From assembly GCA_012514745.1 (NCBI GenBank), contig JAAYZR010000010.1:1401-65400 (forward strand): 64,000 bases of DNA, written 5' to 3'. Origin of the DNA: Candidatus Undivivens industriae (lineage in GTDB: Bacteria > Omnitrophota > Gorgyraeia > Gygaellales > Profunditerraquicolaceae). The position numbers and the translations under genes are program-made. The stretch's first letter is position 1; every line of letters begins with the position of its first letter. The notes beneath the pieces were generated by a model that saw only the letters and a list, made by a program, of their open reading frames with translations, ran no database searches and had not been told where the DNA came from. Shown here piece after piece: positions 20,330 through 32,186 of this stretch.

Positions 20330-20830
20330 TTATTGCAGCGGGATAGTTTGTTCCGTTTCAACGGTCCCGGTTGAGGAAGTTAAATGCTTCTCCATGACGG
20401 CCCAGGTCTTGGGGCCGACTTTGCCGTCTACCGCCAACCCGTTGGATTTCTGGAATTCCTCTATAGCCGCTTTCGTCTTTGGTCCCACTTTACCGTCTAT
20501 ATTTCCGGAATAATATCCCGCGTTCTTAAGCGCGGTCTGGATGTCCTGGGCGGACGGTTTATACGGCCCTGAAGGAGGTAAAGGTTCCAGTACCGGAACG
20601 GCCGCCGCGGAAACCGCTTCAGCCGCCTTCTCTCCGGCGACCGGTGTCACGGCGGGAAGCCTGTTTTCCTGTATCGCAATCTTATTATCCAGGGTCTGCC
20701 CCCCCAGAGAATCAGCCGACATAGGAGCCTGCATCTCCTCAAGACTCTGCTGTTTTTTATTGCACCCGTTTACGGCCAGGAAAGATACGGCCACCGCTAC
20801 CACCGCTGTGAAGATCTTAGTTCTGCCCAT
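20330..20830 (-). CDS. lipoprotein with two peptidoglycan-binding (PG_binding_1) repeats
   Basis: Lipobox AVNGC. Two DGKVGPKT..A..EFQ repeats. The start is chosen at MGRTKIF, preceded by AAAGGAG. Confidence 0.7.
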   Translation of the reverse strand: MGRTKIFTAVVAVAVSFLAVNGCNKKQQSLEEMQAPMSADSLGGQTLDNKIAIQENRLPAVTPVAGEKAAEAVSAAAVPVLEPLPPSGPYKPSAQDIQTALKNAGYYSGNIDGKVGPKTKAAIEEFQKSNGLAVDGKVGPKTWAVMEKHLTSSTGTVETEQTIPLQ

Positions 20831-21094
20831 TGTTCCATCTGCTCCTTTCATGAATAATACTGGAGCCCCCTCACGCAAAATCCGGAGACTCATGTTTCCG
20901 GCAAAGCCAAGGCTTCACCGGTACTCGCCGCATATCCGATTCTATACTTACTCCGACGCACTCCCCCGACACCCGCGGGCAGGGAATGAATTTATTTTAA
21001 CCCTTATTACCGGAAAATCAAATCATATTTAGGGTCCCGCTTCCCGGCGCCCATCTCTGCACAGTCCTTCCTGATCCGCCCGCGCACTCTAAAA

Positions 21095-22733
<1,639 letters not shown>

Positions 22734-22741
<8 letters not shown>

Positions 22742-23843
22742 TTTTCTTCCCGCGGCATTTGTGTTTCGCTGCCGAATCTACGAAAGAAGCGAAGAGATAG
22801 GCGGCGTCGTGCGGCCCAGGAGACGCCTCCGGATGGAACTGGACTGAAAAAACAGGCAGTTTCCTGTGTTTCATCCCCTCATGCGTATCATCGTTGAGAT
22901 TTATATGAGTGACCTGCAACTCTTTTTCGTTCAACGATTTCATATCCAAACAAAATCCGTGATTCTGCACGGTAATAGCCACTCTACCGCTGTTCAAATC
23001 CTTTACCGGATGATTAGCTCCGTGATGCCCGAATTTTAATTTATAAGTCCTGCCGCCGAAAGCCAGACCGAGCATCTGGTTGCCGAGACAGATGCCGAAC
23101 ATTGGAATACCGGAAGAGGCCAGTTCCTTGACCGTGTCTATAACGTAAGTCACAGCCGCGGGATCGCCCGGACCGTTGGAAAGCATAATGCCGTCCGGTT
23201 TCCAGGACAGTATATCCGAGGCGGAGGTAACGGCGGGAAAAACCCTGACCCGGCAGCCGAGCCCGGCAAGGATACGCATGATGTTGTATTTCACTCCGCA
23301 GTCCAGGACAGCCACTTTATATTTACCATTGTCGTTCCAATCATAGGCTTGCCGGCAGGAGACATCCTTTACAAGATCGATGCCCACAAGGCCGCTCCAG
23401 GAACGCGCCTTTTCCAGCAGCGCCGTCACGTCGTCGCATACTGCCCCGGCGGCGATAACGGCTTTAAGCGCTCCGGCTTCCCGTATGCGCAGCGTAAGCG
23501 CGCGGGTATCCACTCCCTCTACCGCGGGTATGCCGTGCGCGCAAAGATAATCCGGCAACGAACTCTTAGACCTCCAGTTGCTGGCAATCCGGCTGCATTC
23601 TTTAACCACGAACCCTTCCACGAAAGGCCGGCCGGATTCCGCGTCTTCTTCATTGATGCCGTAATTGCCTATCAAAGGGTAGGTCATGGCCACTATCTGC
23701 CCCTTATAGGAAGGGTCGGTGATTATCTCCTGATACCCGGACATGCTGGTATTGAAGACGATCTCCCCGCAGCGGACCCCCTGCGCCCCGAATGATCTCC
23801 CCCGGAATACGCTGCCGTCTTCCAGGACCAAAGCAGCCTGCAT
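22734..23843 (-). CDS. carA: carbamoyl-phosphate synthase small (glutaminase) subunit
   Basis: Starts [15 protein letters not shown]. The start is set at the ATG at 23843 (preceded by AAAGAGGT) rather than the ORF-track 23870, which overlaps pyrG. Confidence 0.88.
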
Positions 23844-23845
23844 GT

Positions 23846-25450
23846 TTACCTCTTTATTTTTAGAGCGCACCTGATAAAATCGCGGAATATCGGATGGGCC
23901 TTGTCGGGCTTGGACTTGAATTCAGGATGGAACTGCACCGCCATGAAGAACGGATGGCCGGGCAACTCCACGATCTCGACAAGATTCTTTTTCGGGTAAA
24001 TACCGGAGAAGACCATACCTTTCTTCTCCATCAAACGGCGGTATTTATTGTTGAATTCGTATCGATGCCGGTGCCGCTCTTCTATCAGCCTTTTTCTGTA
24101 ACAGCACTGCGCCCGGGTATTAGGCGATATCTGGCAGGGATAAGCGCCCAGGCGCATGGTACCGCCCATATCCTCCACATCTTCCTGTTCCTTTAAAAGG
24201 CTGATTACCGGATCCCGGGTATCGGGGGCGAACTCGCTGGAATCAGCGCCCTTGAGACCGCAGATATTCCTGGCGAATTCGATGACCGCGCATTGCATCC
24301 CAAGGCAGATGCCGAAGAACGGGACGCGCTTGGTCCTGGCATATTCGACGCTCTTTATCTTCCCTTCAATGCCGCGGGATCCGAACCCGCCCGGCACCAG
24401 GATACCGCAGACATTACGCAGATAATGTTCCGCCCCTTCTTTATCAATATCCTCGGAATCTATCTTTTCCACTTCCACTCTGCAGTCGTTCGCGATACCG
24501 GCGTGCGCCAAAGCCTCGTAAATAGACTTATAGGCGTCCTGCAGGCCGATATATTTGCCGACTACGGCGATCCTGGTCTTGTGGCGCGGGGAAACAGCCT
24601 TCTCCACCACGCTTTTCTCCCAATTCTTCAGGGTGGAAGGCCTGGCTCTAATGCCGAAATGTTTCAGTATGAGCCTGTCAAGAGACTGGTCCTTGAATAT
24701 CAAAGGAAGCTGATAGATCGAATCCACATCCTTGGCTTCGATAACCGCCTCCTGCGGCACGCTGCAGAAAAGCGATATCTTCTCTTTCAATTCCATCGAG
24801 AGGCTTTTTTCGCTGCGGCAGATGAGGATGTCCGGCTGTATTCCTATCTCGCGCAGGGTGCCGACACTGTGCTGAGTAGGCTTTGTCTTCATCTCTCCGG
24901 CGACCTTTATATAAGGGACCAGGGTGAGATGGGCGTAAAGAACGTTATTCTGTCCGGCGTCCAGCCTGAACTGGCGCACAGCTTCCAGGAAAGGAAGGCT
25001 CTCGATGTCTCCGACCGTGCCGCCGATCTCCACCAGCACCACCTGCGCCCTGGAGACGGCCGCCACTTTCTTGATGCGGTCTTTTATCTCGTTGGTAATG
25101 TGAGGAATGACCTGGATGGTCCTGCCGAGGTAATCTCCCTTGCGTTCGCGCGAGATCACGGCGTGATATACCTGGCCGGTGGTAACGTTGTTGAATTTGC
25201 CGGTCCTGGCGGAAGTGAAGCGTTCGTAATGCCCGAGATCGAGGTCGGTCTCGGCGCCGTCGTCGGTCACGTACACTTCACCGTGCTGGTAAGGGTTCAT
25301 CGTGCCGGGGTCGACGTTGAGATAGGGGTCGAACTTCATCAAGGCGACACGCAGACCCTGAGATTCCAGTATCTTGCCTATGGAAGCGGCAGCAATCCCC
25401 TTGCCGAGGCTGGAAATAACGCCGCCGGTGATGAATATGTATTTACACAT
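23846..25450 (-). CDS. pyrG: CTP synthase
   Basis: Starts [18 protein letters not shown]; carries the GIC(L)GMQ glutaminase motif. Confidence 0.92.
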   Translation of the reverse strand: MCKYIFITGGVISSLGKGIAAASIGKILESQGLRVALMKFDPYLNVDPGTMNPYQHGEVYVTDDGAETDLDLGHYERFTSARTGKFNNVTTGQVYHAVISRERKGDYLGRTIQVIPHITNEIKDRIKKVAAVSRAQVVLVEIGGTVGDIESLPFLEAVRQFRLDAGQNNVLYAHLTLVPYIKVAGEMKTKPTQHSVGTLREIGIQPDILICRSEKSLSMELKEKISLFCSVPQEAVIEAKDVDSIYQLPLIFKDQSLDRLILKHFGIRARPSTLKNWEKSVVEKAVSPRHKTRIAVVGKYIGLQDAYKSIYEALAHAGIANDCRVEVEKIDSEDIDKEGAEHYLRNVCGILVPGGFGSRGIEGKIKSVEYARTKRVPFFGICLGMQCAVIEFARNICGLKGADSSEFAPDTRDPVISLLKEQEDVEDMGGTMRLGAYPCQISPNTRAQCCYRKRLIEERHRHRYEFNNKYRRLMEKKGMVFSGIYPKKNLVEIVELPGHPFFMAVQFHPEFKSKPDKAHPIFRDFIRCALKIKR

Positions 25451-25624
25451 GGTTGTTTAAAAAAAAGCGTTTCTGAACCGATAGTCCTCCGGTCCACAAA
25501 CGCCATTGTTTCAGATATAGTCAATTCCCGTTGAACCATTGGCTTTAATATAGCACATACCGGAAGTATGTCAAACAGATTATTTCCCCTATTATTTTTC
25601 CAGTTTTCCTCCGTTGGGTGAATG

Positions 25625-25665
25625 AATAAAAAACAGGCGCCCGGCTGATATCAGCGGGGCGCCTG
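25625..25665 (-). terminator. rho-independent terminator after the GltS-like gene
   Basis: CAGGCGCCC..GGGCGCCUG hairpin followed by UUUUUUAUU on the minus strand. Confidence 0.7.
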
Positions 25666-25688
25666 CCTCATCCCAACGCCAAACGGTA

Positions 25689-27281
25689 CTATTTACCGAA
25701 CAACACTTTTTCCGCCTCTTTACGGCAGGCGTCCATTACATACGGGATACCGCAGACATTCTCTGCTTCCTCGCTCAAAGACATGAGGTCCCTGCGGGAT
25801 ATGCTGCTCAAGCTGAAATTGCGCGAACCTGCCATCAGCTGCTGCAGCCCCACCTTGATGCGCTGGCTAAAAGTATATATCCCGACCGCGCCAAGAGGGA
25901 TGTCCTTCATATCCTTGCCGTATTTCTCTGCGAGCTCCTCATAACAAACGAATATCTCCTCCGGCTTGCTGCCGAACTCGGATACCGTGGGAGGCAAATT
26001 GCCGCCTTTAATCCACTCCTGGATATTTTTTCCCACGAAACCGGGGATCATCAAAGCACGGCCCATGCAGACCGCCTTGACGTACGGCGCGCCCATGGCA
26101 AGCACTTTGAAAACATGATCCTCCATAGCGAACCCTCCGGCGATGGCGATATCGGGAACGCGCATCTTTTTTTTGCTCATCTTCTCGCAGAACTCATAGG
26201 CGAGCGACTGCAGGTAAAAAGTCGGGATACCCCACTCCTGCATCATTTTCCAGGGGCTCATACCGGTGCCGCCGGAAGCTCCGTCTATAGTCAACAAGTC
26301 GATCTTTGCCGCGGAACTGAATTTCAAGGCCTGGGCCAGCTCCACCATCGAGTAAGCCCCGGTCTTCACGGTTATTCTTTTGTAACCCAGGTCGCGCAGG
26401 CGTTTAATCTCCTTCATAAAACCTTCCTCCGAAACGAACCCAAGCCTGGAATGCCGCTCGAATTCCTTGATCGCCCCGGCCTTAAAAGCCTGCTGTATGG
26501 CCGGAACTTCCGGATCGGGAGTCACAATATAGCCTTTTTTCTTAAGTTGTATCGCGCGCTCCGGGGTTTTTATCTTGATCTCTCCGCCGATACACTTGGC
26601 CCCCTGTCCCCATTTAAGCTCGAGCGTCTCCAGCTTGTGCTTTTTTCGCATATACTCGGCGACGCCTAAGCGTGTGTCCTCGACGTTCATCTGCACAAGT
26701 ATCTCTCCGTAACCGTCGTGGAAACGCTTATACAACTCTATACGCCTGTCCATATCCGGGGCGTTCACTATCTTGCCTTTGGCGTCCAACTCCAGCTTGG
26801 GATCTATACCACAGACGTTCTCCCCGCAGACAATGGTGATGCCGGAGATCGCCGCCCCCACCGCGAAATGCTCCCAGTTCTTTCTGGCGATCTCGGTGGA
26901 ACCGAGGGCCCCGGTAAAAACCGGAACGCGCATCTTTACTTTCCGGGTCCATCCGTATTCAGTCGTCGTATCTACAGCCGGAAATATTGCGGTATCCGGG
27001 TTTCCGGAGACTCCTTTAGGAAGGCCGTTTGCTCCCTGAGCGTAACCCTGAATGTTCAGGTGCGAATAATCCACCGGATATTCTTTATCGCCTCCCGCGG
27101 TAATCTCTCCGAAAGGCCCGGGGTAAATTACCTCCCTGCCCCGAAAAGAAGATTTGAACACTTCACAGTTGCCCCGGCAGGAATCAATACAACGTGAACA
27201 GAGGCCGGAACAGCTGACCACGTTTTTGGAACGGTTAAAAGTACGTGTAGCGTCGTTCCCTCCCGCAGTGCTAAGGTTCAT
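25689..27281 (-). CDS. glutamate synthase-related FMN/Fe-S protein (archaeal-type GltB-like, COG0069 family)
   Basis: N-terminal Cys cluster CSGLCSRCIDSCRGNC. The central FMN-binding GltS domain has an ASGGTG-like stretch. Confidence 0.7.
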   Translation of the reverse strand: MNLSTAGGNDATRTFNRSKNVVSCSGLCSRCIDSCRGNCEVFKSSFRGREVIYPGPFGEITAGGDKEYPVDYSHLNIQGYAQGANGLPKGVSGNPDTAIFPAVDTTTEYGWTRKVKMRVPVFTGALGSTEIARKNWEHFAVGAAISGITIVCGENVCGIDPKLELDAKGKIVNAPDMDRRIELYKRFHDGYGEILVQMNVEDTRLGVAEYMRKKHKLETLELKWGQGAKCIGGEIKIKTPERAIQLKKKGYIVTPDPEVPAIQQAFKAGAIKEFERHSRLGFVSEEGFMKEIKRLRDLGYKRITVKTGAYSMVELAQALKFSSAAKIDLLTIDGASGGTGMSPWKMMQEWGIPTFYLQSLAYEFCEKMSKKKMRVPDIAIAGGFAMEDHVFKVLAMGAPYVKAVCMGRALMIPGFVGKNIQEWIKGGNLPPTVSEFGSKPEEIFVCYEELAEKYGKDMKDIPLGAVGIYTFSQRIKVGLQQLMAGSRNFSLSSISRRDLMSLSEEAENVCGIPYVMDACRKEAEKVLFGK

Positions 27282-27384
27282 ATTCTCTTTCCCTTTCTCC
27301 AGCCCGCTGGTTTTACGTATGCCGCGGCCGGCCAGCAGGGCTAAGAAATGTACACCGGCCGCTTATTCTGCAATCGTTTGGGCA

Positions 27385-27420
27385 TAAAAAAAAGACGCCC
27401 GCCTGTATAGCGGACGTCTT
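27385..27420 (-). terminator. rho-independent terminator after the MetE-like gene
   Basis: AAGACGUCCGC-UAUACAG-GCGGGCGUCUU hairpin followed by U8 on the minus strand. Confidence 0.7.
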
Positions 27421-27533
27421 TGTCCTTAACAATTAATATACACCCTTACGGACAATTGTCAATCAATTCGAAGCGCCACATCCCCGGCCCTGTCCGTGAG
27501 TTTCTTTAACTGTTCCGGAACGGGCTGAACCGG

Positions 27534-28574
27534 TTATCTCCTGGAGAGGATTCCGGCAACGGCGTCAAGCAGGCCGAAAATCCCTGCGGCTTTTTCTTCA
27601 TCCAGACTGCCGAGACCGCAGCTCGGGCTGACGATAAGCCTTTCCCTGACTTTCTCCGCATCCACTCCTTTGCGCCTGAACATCTCCACCCCGGAATCTA
27701 TCTTTTCCAGCAGGGACTCCGGAGTCTCGGCTCCGGTAAATTCCCTGGTAGGCGCGATACCCCAGCAAAGTATCCCCCCTTTATCGAGGAATGCCGAGAT
27801 TTCGGACGCGTAAAGCACAATCCTATCCAGAAAATTGAAGGCGTCGAAGCTGATTATATCCACTCCGGCCGCTTCGGTAAGTATGGACCAGTCGGTATTG
27901 CCGCAGCAATGAACGCCGGTCAACGCTCCATGCGCCTTTATGTCCGAACACAGTTCGCTCATTACTTCCACCGCCTTCTGCCTGGTAACCGGTGTATAGG
28001 CGGAGCCGAAACAACCGAGATACGGCTCATCCACGAAAATAATCGTCTGTTTGCCGAATTCCTTCAGGAAGTCGATCTGCCATTTAGCCTTGCCCGCCAG
28101 GCCTTTGACCACGGCCTGCATCATTATTTCGTTATGCAGAAGGGCGGTCCCTTTTTCATCTGCGACCGACGACGCGAAGGTGAAAGGACCGGTTATATGC
28201 CCCTTGAGGAAGTCCGCGCCTTTGGCGCCGTTCCCGCGCAGCCTGTCGCGGTAGGCATAGATCCCGGGGGCAAAATCAGGGGTAATGGCGAAATAAGCGT
28301 TGTCGCCTGATATCACCTTTTCGTAAAAAACCTCGAGTTCGCTTTCCGGAGCGGAGACGTCCAGATAAACGCTTCCGTCCTTGAGTTTAAGACAAGGGAA
28401 ATTCTGAAAGAACTGCGCCACCATCCCTTCGCATGCCCCTCTCTTGGGAAGCTGCGGCCAGAACGGCGCTCTCGGAGTGCGGCGAAAAACAAGCTCCAGC
28501 GCGGTCTCAGCGTCACGATAAGGCAGACTGCCTATACCGGTAGCCAAACCTTTAAGAACCGCCGCGTCTCTCAT
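27534..28574 (-). CDS. MetE-like / uroporphyrinogen-decarboxylase-superfamily methyltransferase (cobalamin-independent methionine synthase family, short form)
   Basis: ~346 aa with VHCCGN and SPSCGLG motifs typical of MetE C-domain-like proteins. The start is reassigned to MRDAAVL (28574); the ORF-track N-terminus is Arg-rich junk. Confidence 0.6.
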   Translation of the reverse strand: MRDAAVLKGLATGIGSLPYRDAETALELVFRRTPRAPFWPQLPKRGACEGMVAQFFQNFPCLKLKDGSVYLDVSAPESELEVFYEKVISGDNAYFAITPDFAPGIYAYRDRLRGNGAKGADFLKGHITGPFTFASSVADEKGTALLHNEIMMQAVVKGLAGKAKWQIDFLKEFGKQTIIFVDEPYLGCFGSAYTPVTRQKAVEVMSELCSDIKAHGALTGVHCCGNTDWSILTEAAGVDIISFDAFNFLDRIVLYASEISAFLDKGGILCWGIAPTREFTGAETPESLLEKIDSGVEMFRRKGVDAEKVRERLIVSPSCGLGSLDEEKAAGIFGLLDAVAGILSRR

Positions 28575-28807
28575 CTCACCATCCCCCCGCCGAACCCGCG
28601 GAACAAACCGCCGTTTCCTGCGCCTCTGGTCTTTTTGTCCCCGGTCACGCTGCCGCAGACAGCGCATCTGTATTCATAAAGGCAGCCGTCGGGCAATACC
28701 AACAACAGTCTTTCTCTTACGGGAGTGGAACGCCCGCAGGAAGAGCAGAAAAGCCTGCCGGCATTAAGTTCTCGGAATTGTCCTTCCGGTTCGCGGCCGT
28801 TCATCAC
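28571..28807 (-). CDS. small zinc-ribbon protein (CxxC...CxxC)
   Basis: 78 aa with FCSSCG...CAVCG. Its start and stop overlap ybaB and the MetE-like gene by 4 nt each. Confidence 0.45.
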   Translation of the reverse strand: MMNGREPEGQFRELNAGRLFCSSCGRSTPVRERLLLVLPDGCLYEYRCAVCGSVTGDKKTRGAGNGGLFRGFGGGMVR

Positions 28808-29103
28808 ATCAAACCCGGGATATTCAGGCCCGTGATTTCCTTCATTTTCTGCGCCGCCAGGTCATGGGAATGCTTTATCGCGCGGTTATAAACATCCTTT
28901 AACGCCTTTTCCAGCCTGGCCTTCTCCTCCGCAGGAAGCGTTTCACATCTGACGGTCACCGCCTCCACCTGCTGTGAACCGTTCATGGAAAGACGCACAC
29001 TGCCGTCCTGACTTTCGGTGTCGAACACCGTTTTATCAAGGCTCTCCTTAATTTCCCTGGCCTTCTTCTGCATTTCCATTATGGATTTAAGTTTATCGAA
29101 CAT
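28804..29103 (-). CDS. ybaB: nucleoid-associated protein YbaB/EbfC
   Basis: ~100 aa starting MFDKLKSIMEMQKKA; the start is at 29103, preceded by CAGGAGAAGAA. Confidence 0.8.
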   Translation of the reverse strand: MFDKLKSIMEMQKKAREIKESLDKTVFDTESQDGSVRLSMNGSQQVEAVTVRCETLPAEEKARLEKALKDVYNRAIKHSHDLAAQKMKEITGLNIPGLM

Positions 29104-29177
29104 TTCTTCTCCTGTGTGAGCGCCTCGGGATTTAACCGGAGAGGCTTGCCTGTTGTTTTCCCTGCGAAACAGCCGGA

Positions 29178-29663
29178 TCATTTACCCGGGGCGGCCGCAA
29201 GCAGCGACTTATACTCCTTGTAAGGGAACTCGTTGGTCTGAAGCAAAATCCTTCCCTCCCGGTCTATCAAAGTGTAGGTAGGCACCCCGATCAGCCGGTA
29301 GGTGTCCGCTACCGTCCCGTAGCCGTCCAGGAAGGAAGGGATGCTTATATGATTACGGCTGAGGAAACGCAAAACTTTCTCTTCGCTTTCCCCCACGTTG
29401 ATGGGAATGACCTCAATCCCTTCCGCCGACATCTTTTCGTACTTATCATTAAGCATCTTCATCTGCCTGACGCAATACGGGCACCAGGTGGTCCAGAAAA
29501 AAAGCAACACCGGCTTTACACCCCGAAAATAACTCATGGTGACCGTCTTGCCGGAAGTAGCAGTCAGGCTGAAATCTGACGCGCTGTCGAAAGCGAAAAG
29601 GCTGCCGGCGCAGAAAAACGATAACACCAGGACAGAGACGGCGAATATTCTTATTATCTTCAT
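29178..29663 (-). CDS. thiol-disulfide oxidoreductase (TlpA/ResA-like thioredoxin-fold lipoprotein/periplasmic protein)
   Basis: Signal peptide plus the WCPYC active site. Confidence 0.8.
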   Translation of the reverse strand: MKIIRIFAVSVLVLSFFCAGSLFAFDSASDFSLTATSGKTVTMSYFRGVKPVLLFFWTTWCPYCVRQMKMLNDKYEKMSAEGIEVIPINVGESEEKVLRFLSRNHISIPSFLDGYGTVADTYRLIGVPTYTLIDREGRILLQTNEFPYKEYKSLLAAAPGK

Positions 29664-29731
29664 ATTCTCCTCTTTTTATGCGCCGCTGTTTATCTCCGGG
29701 AGGATGACAACGGCGGTCATACTGCGACAGC

Positions 29732-30400
29732 TCAATTCAATCCTCTTATTATAAAATACACCCCGCCGGCGCACAACAATAAAGCGCAGGCTTTCTGTAC
29801 AAACTCCAGCCATTTGCCGGACTTGGGCAGCCGGGAAAGGAAATAACCGGATGTCCCGCCGACAATGAACAGCAGGCTCATCCCGTACGAAAAGGTAAGC
29901 AGCAACAGCGCGCCGTACAGCACATTCCTGCGCGAAGCGAGATAGACCAGGATGGAACCGAGCACCGGAGTCACGCACGGACTGATCAGCAGTGCCGATC
30001 CGCAGCCGAGAAAGAAAGCCCCCAAAACCCCGCCGCGTCCTTTGTCCGTTGGGCCCACTCCGATAAACCGCTTTACAGGCAGTTTCAGGAGACCGGACAT
30101 GAACACGCCGAAAATGAATATCAATAGTCCGGAGAGGACCGATATCCATGCGGAAGCGGCTAATCTTGCCACAGCTCTGCCGCCCAGCGAAGCCAGCACG
30201 CCCAGCAGGGAGTAAATGAAAGCGGTCCCGCCGGCGTAGGAGAAACTCAACAGAAAAGCCCTGCGGCGGGAAACACAGGAAGACGCCCCCACATAACCGA
30301 TTATGACCGGCAAAAGCGGATATACGCAAGGAGTAAAACTCCAGAGCACCCCGCCGGCAAAAGCTATGACGAAATCAAACGGCGTCCCCGACAGATTCAT
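29732..30400 (-). CDS. ccdA: cytochrome c biogenesis / disulfide-reductant transfer protein CcdA (DsbD TM-domain family)
   Basis: Multi-TM protein with two conserved Cys (FTPCVYP and ISPCVTP). Confidence 0.82.
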   Translation of the reverse strand: MNLSGTPFDFVIAFAGGVLWSFTPCVYPLLPVIIGYVGASSCVSRRRAFLLSFSYAGGTAFIYSLLGVLASLGGRAVARLAASAWISVLSGLLIFIFGVFMSGLLKLPVKRFIGVGPTDKGRGGVLGAFFLGCGSALLISPCVTPVLGSILVYLASRRNVLYGALLLLTFSYGMSLLFIVGGTSGYFLSRLPKSGKWLEFVQKACALLLCAGGVYFIIRGLN

Positions 30401-30695
30401 TTATCCAGGAAAGATATTCTTTCGTCCCGGCGACAACAGGCAAAGCGATGATCTCCGGCACGGAGTAACTGTGGCAGGCTCTGACCTCGCCGGCCAAGCG
30501 CGAAAACAAGGATTTCTTGGTTTTTATGACCAGCAGGCATTCCCGGCAGTTGTTTACGCGCCCCTTCCAGCGGAAGAACGAGGATATCCCGGGGATAACG
30601 TTCGCACAGGCGGCCAGTCTTTTCTGCACCAGGCGGCGGGCTATCTTATCCGACTCTTTCTTACTACAGGCGGTTACGAACACGGTGATATACAT
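30375..30695 (-). CDS. cutA: divalent-cation tolerance protein CutA
   Basis: 106 aa; CutA1 fold sequence (YITVFVT...VPEIIALPV). Confidence 0.75.
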   Translation of the reverse strand: MYITVFVTACSKKESDKIARRLVQKRLAACANVIPGISSFFRWKGRVNNCRECLLVIKTKKSLFSRLAGEVRACHSYSVPEIIALPVVAGTKEYLSWINESVGDAV

Positions 30696-30707
30696 GGTCC
30701 ATTCCCC

Positions 30708-31196
30708 TCAGGCTGACGGTTCGGCCGCGAGTTTCTTGACCAGTTCGGCGACCCTGCCCCCCAGCCTCAGGCATTCGTCCGCGGCGCGCTCGTCGCAGTT
30801 GCCCACGGCAACCGGGCCGTAATGGTCTCCTTTAGGATCGCCGTGTATGATCATACCATGCACGAGCAGAACATGCAAGATATCCAGGATGGTACTTTCA
30901 TTGCCTCCTGCGAGATTGCCGCTGGAGGCGAACGCGGCCCCGACCTTGCCGTCGAGCCTGCCGTGCAGCTTCACCGACTCGTCCACCAGCTTCTTTATTT
31001 CGGCGGCCATACTCCCGTAATAAACCGGCGACCCTATTATCACGCCGGAATAATCAATCAGTTGATCAACATCCACAAACCCGGCGTCCCGAACGTCCGT
31101 CTCCACGCCGTAGTTACGCGCCCCCTCGGCCACCAGTTCCGCCATACTCCTGGTGGTCCCGCCCCGCGAATGATAAATCACTATTATCTTCTGCAT
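30708..31196 (-). CDS. flavodoxin-like NAD(P)H-dependent FMN reductase / WrbA-family flavoprotein
   Basis: MQKIIVIYHSRGGTTRSMAE flavodoxin start. The start is reassigned to 31196, preceded by GGGAGGTGA. Confidence 0.7.
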   Translation of the reverse strand: MQKIIVIYHSRGGTTRSMAELVAEGARNYGVETDVRDAGFVDVDQLIDYSGVIIGSPVYYGSMAAEIKKLVDESVKLHGRLDGKVGAAFASSGNLAGGNESTILDILHVLLVHGMIIHGDPKGDHYGPVAVGNCDERAADECLRLGGRVAELVKKLAAEPSA

Positions 31197-31198
31197 AC

Positions 31199-31432
31199 TC
31201 ACCTCCCGGATACCGTGGTTTCCTCTATTTTGGCCGACCTTATCCTCCCGTATTGAGAACAAATGTCGAATACCAGTTCCGGATCATCGGTCCCCAGAGA
31301 AACATGCATGCTTGATTCTCCGGGAATACCCGCCTCCCCCTGAAGAGACAACTCTATATCTTCTCCTATACCATCCAGCGCCCGGCGCAGTATATCTTCC
31401 GAGACGCACCCTACCCCAAGTATGAATTTCAT
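31199..31432 (-). CDS. hypothetical protein (~77 aa)
   Basis: ORF preceded by a TAAGGAAG RBS; no recognisable family. Confidence 0.35.
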   Translation of the reverse strand: MKFILGVGCVSEDILRRALDGIGEDIELSLQGEAGIPGESSMHVSLGTDDPELVFDICSQYGRIRSAKIEETTVSGR

Positions 31433-31466
31433 CCTGAACTTCCTTAAAAGGAACATACGCCTCCTG

Positions 31467-32186
31467 CTACGACTGTTTAAGAATAATCACGGAAAGCATC
31501 CTGCCCGCGAGGCCTCCTTCCCTGCGGTAAGAAAAGAAGTCGCTCCCCAGGCACACGGTGCACAAACCATCGCTCCCATGTATATTTTCAGACCTCACGC
31601 CGCAGGCAAGCAACGCCTGTTTATTGAAACCGGAGAGATCGAAAAACGTATCCTCTCCGTCTATAGCAACCGACCCGGGAAAGATCTCCCGGAACTCTCC
31701 CGAGACCCGGTAACAACATTGTCCTATGCAGGGCCCCAGCCATGCCGAGACCGCTTTCGGCCTGGTGCCGAATCTTTCCCGCATCAAGCGCAGGGTATTG
31801 CCGATTATCCCGTCGCGGCTCCCGCGCCACCCGGCGTGGACGGCCGCCGCCGCCGGCGCCGCGGGATCGAAAAGCAATACCGGCAGACAGTCGGCGGTAA
31901 GTATGCCGAGCGGCAGTCCGGGAACGCGGGTAACCAGGGCGTCCGCCCGGGCCACGGAAGTCTCGAAAGACAAAGCCCCTTTGCCGGCGTCGGCGGCTGT
32001 GACCTCCACGGCTCTGCCGCCGTGCACCTGGTCGCAGCAAACCAGACGGCCGGGGACGGCGCCTATCGAAGCAAGAAAATTTCCGCGGTTAACCAGCACG
32101 TCCGCCTTATCTCCGTGCCGAAACGACATATTTATGCGCCCGCGGCCGAAAGCCAGGCCGATCCCGCACAGCTCCTCAGACGTCAT
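31467..32186 (-). CDS. pgeF: YfiH/PgeF family protein (purine nucleoside phosphorylase / peptidoglycan editing factor, laccase-domain)
   Basis: Carries the CCDQVHG and HAGWRG motifs. The start is set at MTSEEL (32186). Confidence 0.8.
   Translation of the reverse strand: MTSEELCGIGLAFGRGRINMSFRHGDKADVLVNRGNFLASIGAVPGRLVCCDQVHGGRAVEVTAADAGKGALSFETSVARADALVTRVPGLPLGILTADCLPVLLFDPAAPAAAAVHAGWRGSRDGIIGNTLRLMRERFGTRPKAVSAWLGPCIGQCCYRVSGEFREIFPGSVAIDGEDTFFDLSGFNKQALLACGVRSENIHGSDGLCTVCLGSDFFSYRREGGLAGRMLSVIILKQS

Noticed and set aside
20541-21032. 163-aa plus-strand ORF between the PG-binding lipoprotein gene and carB
   Set aside because: It is antisense to the lipoprotein gene for most of its length, and the remainder lies in the non-coding gap. 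Its composition is consistent with a shadow ORF.
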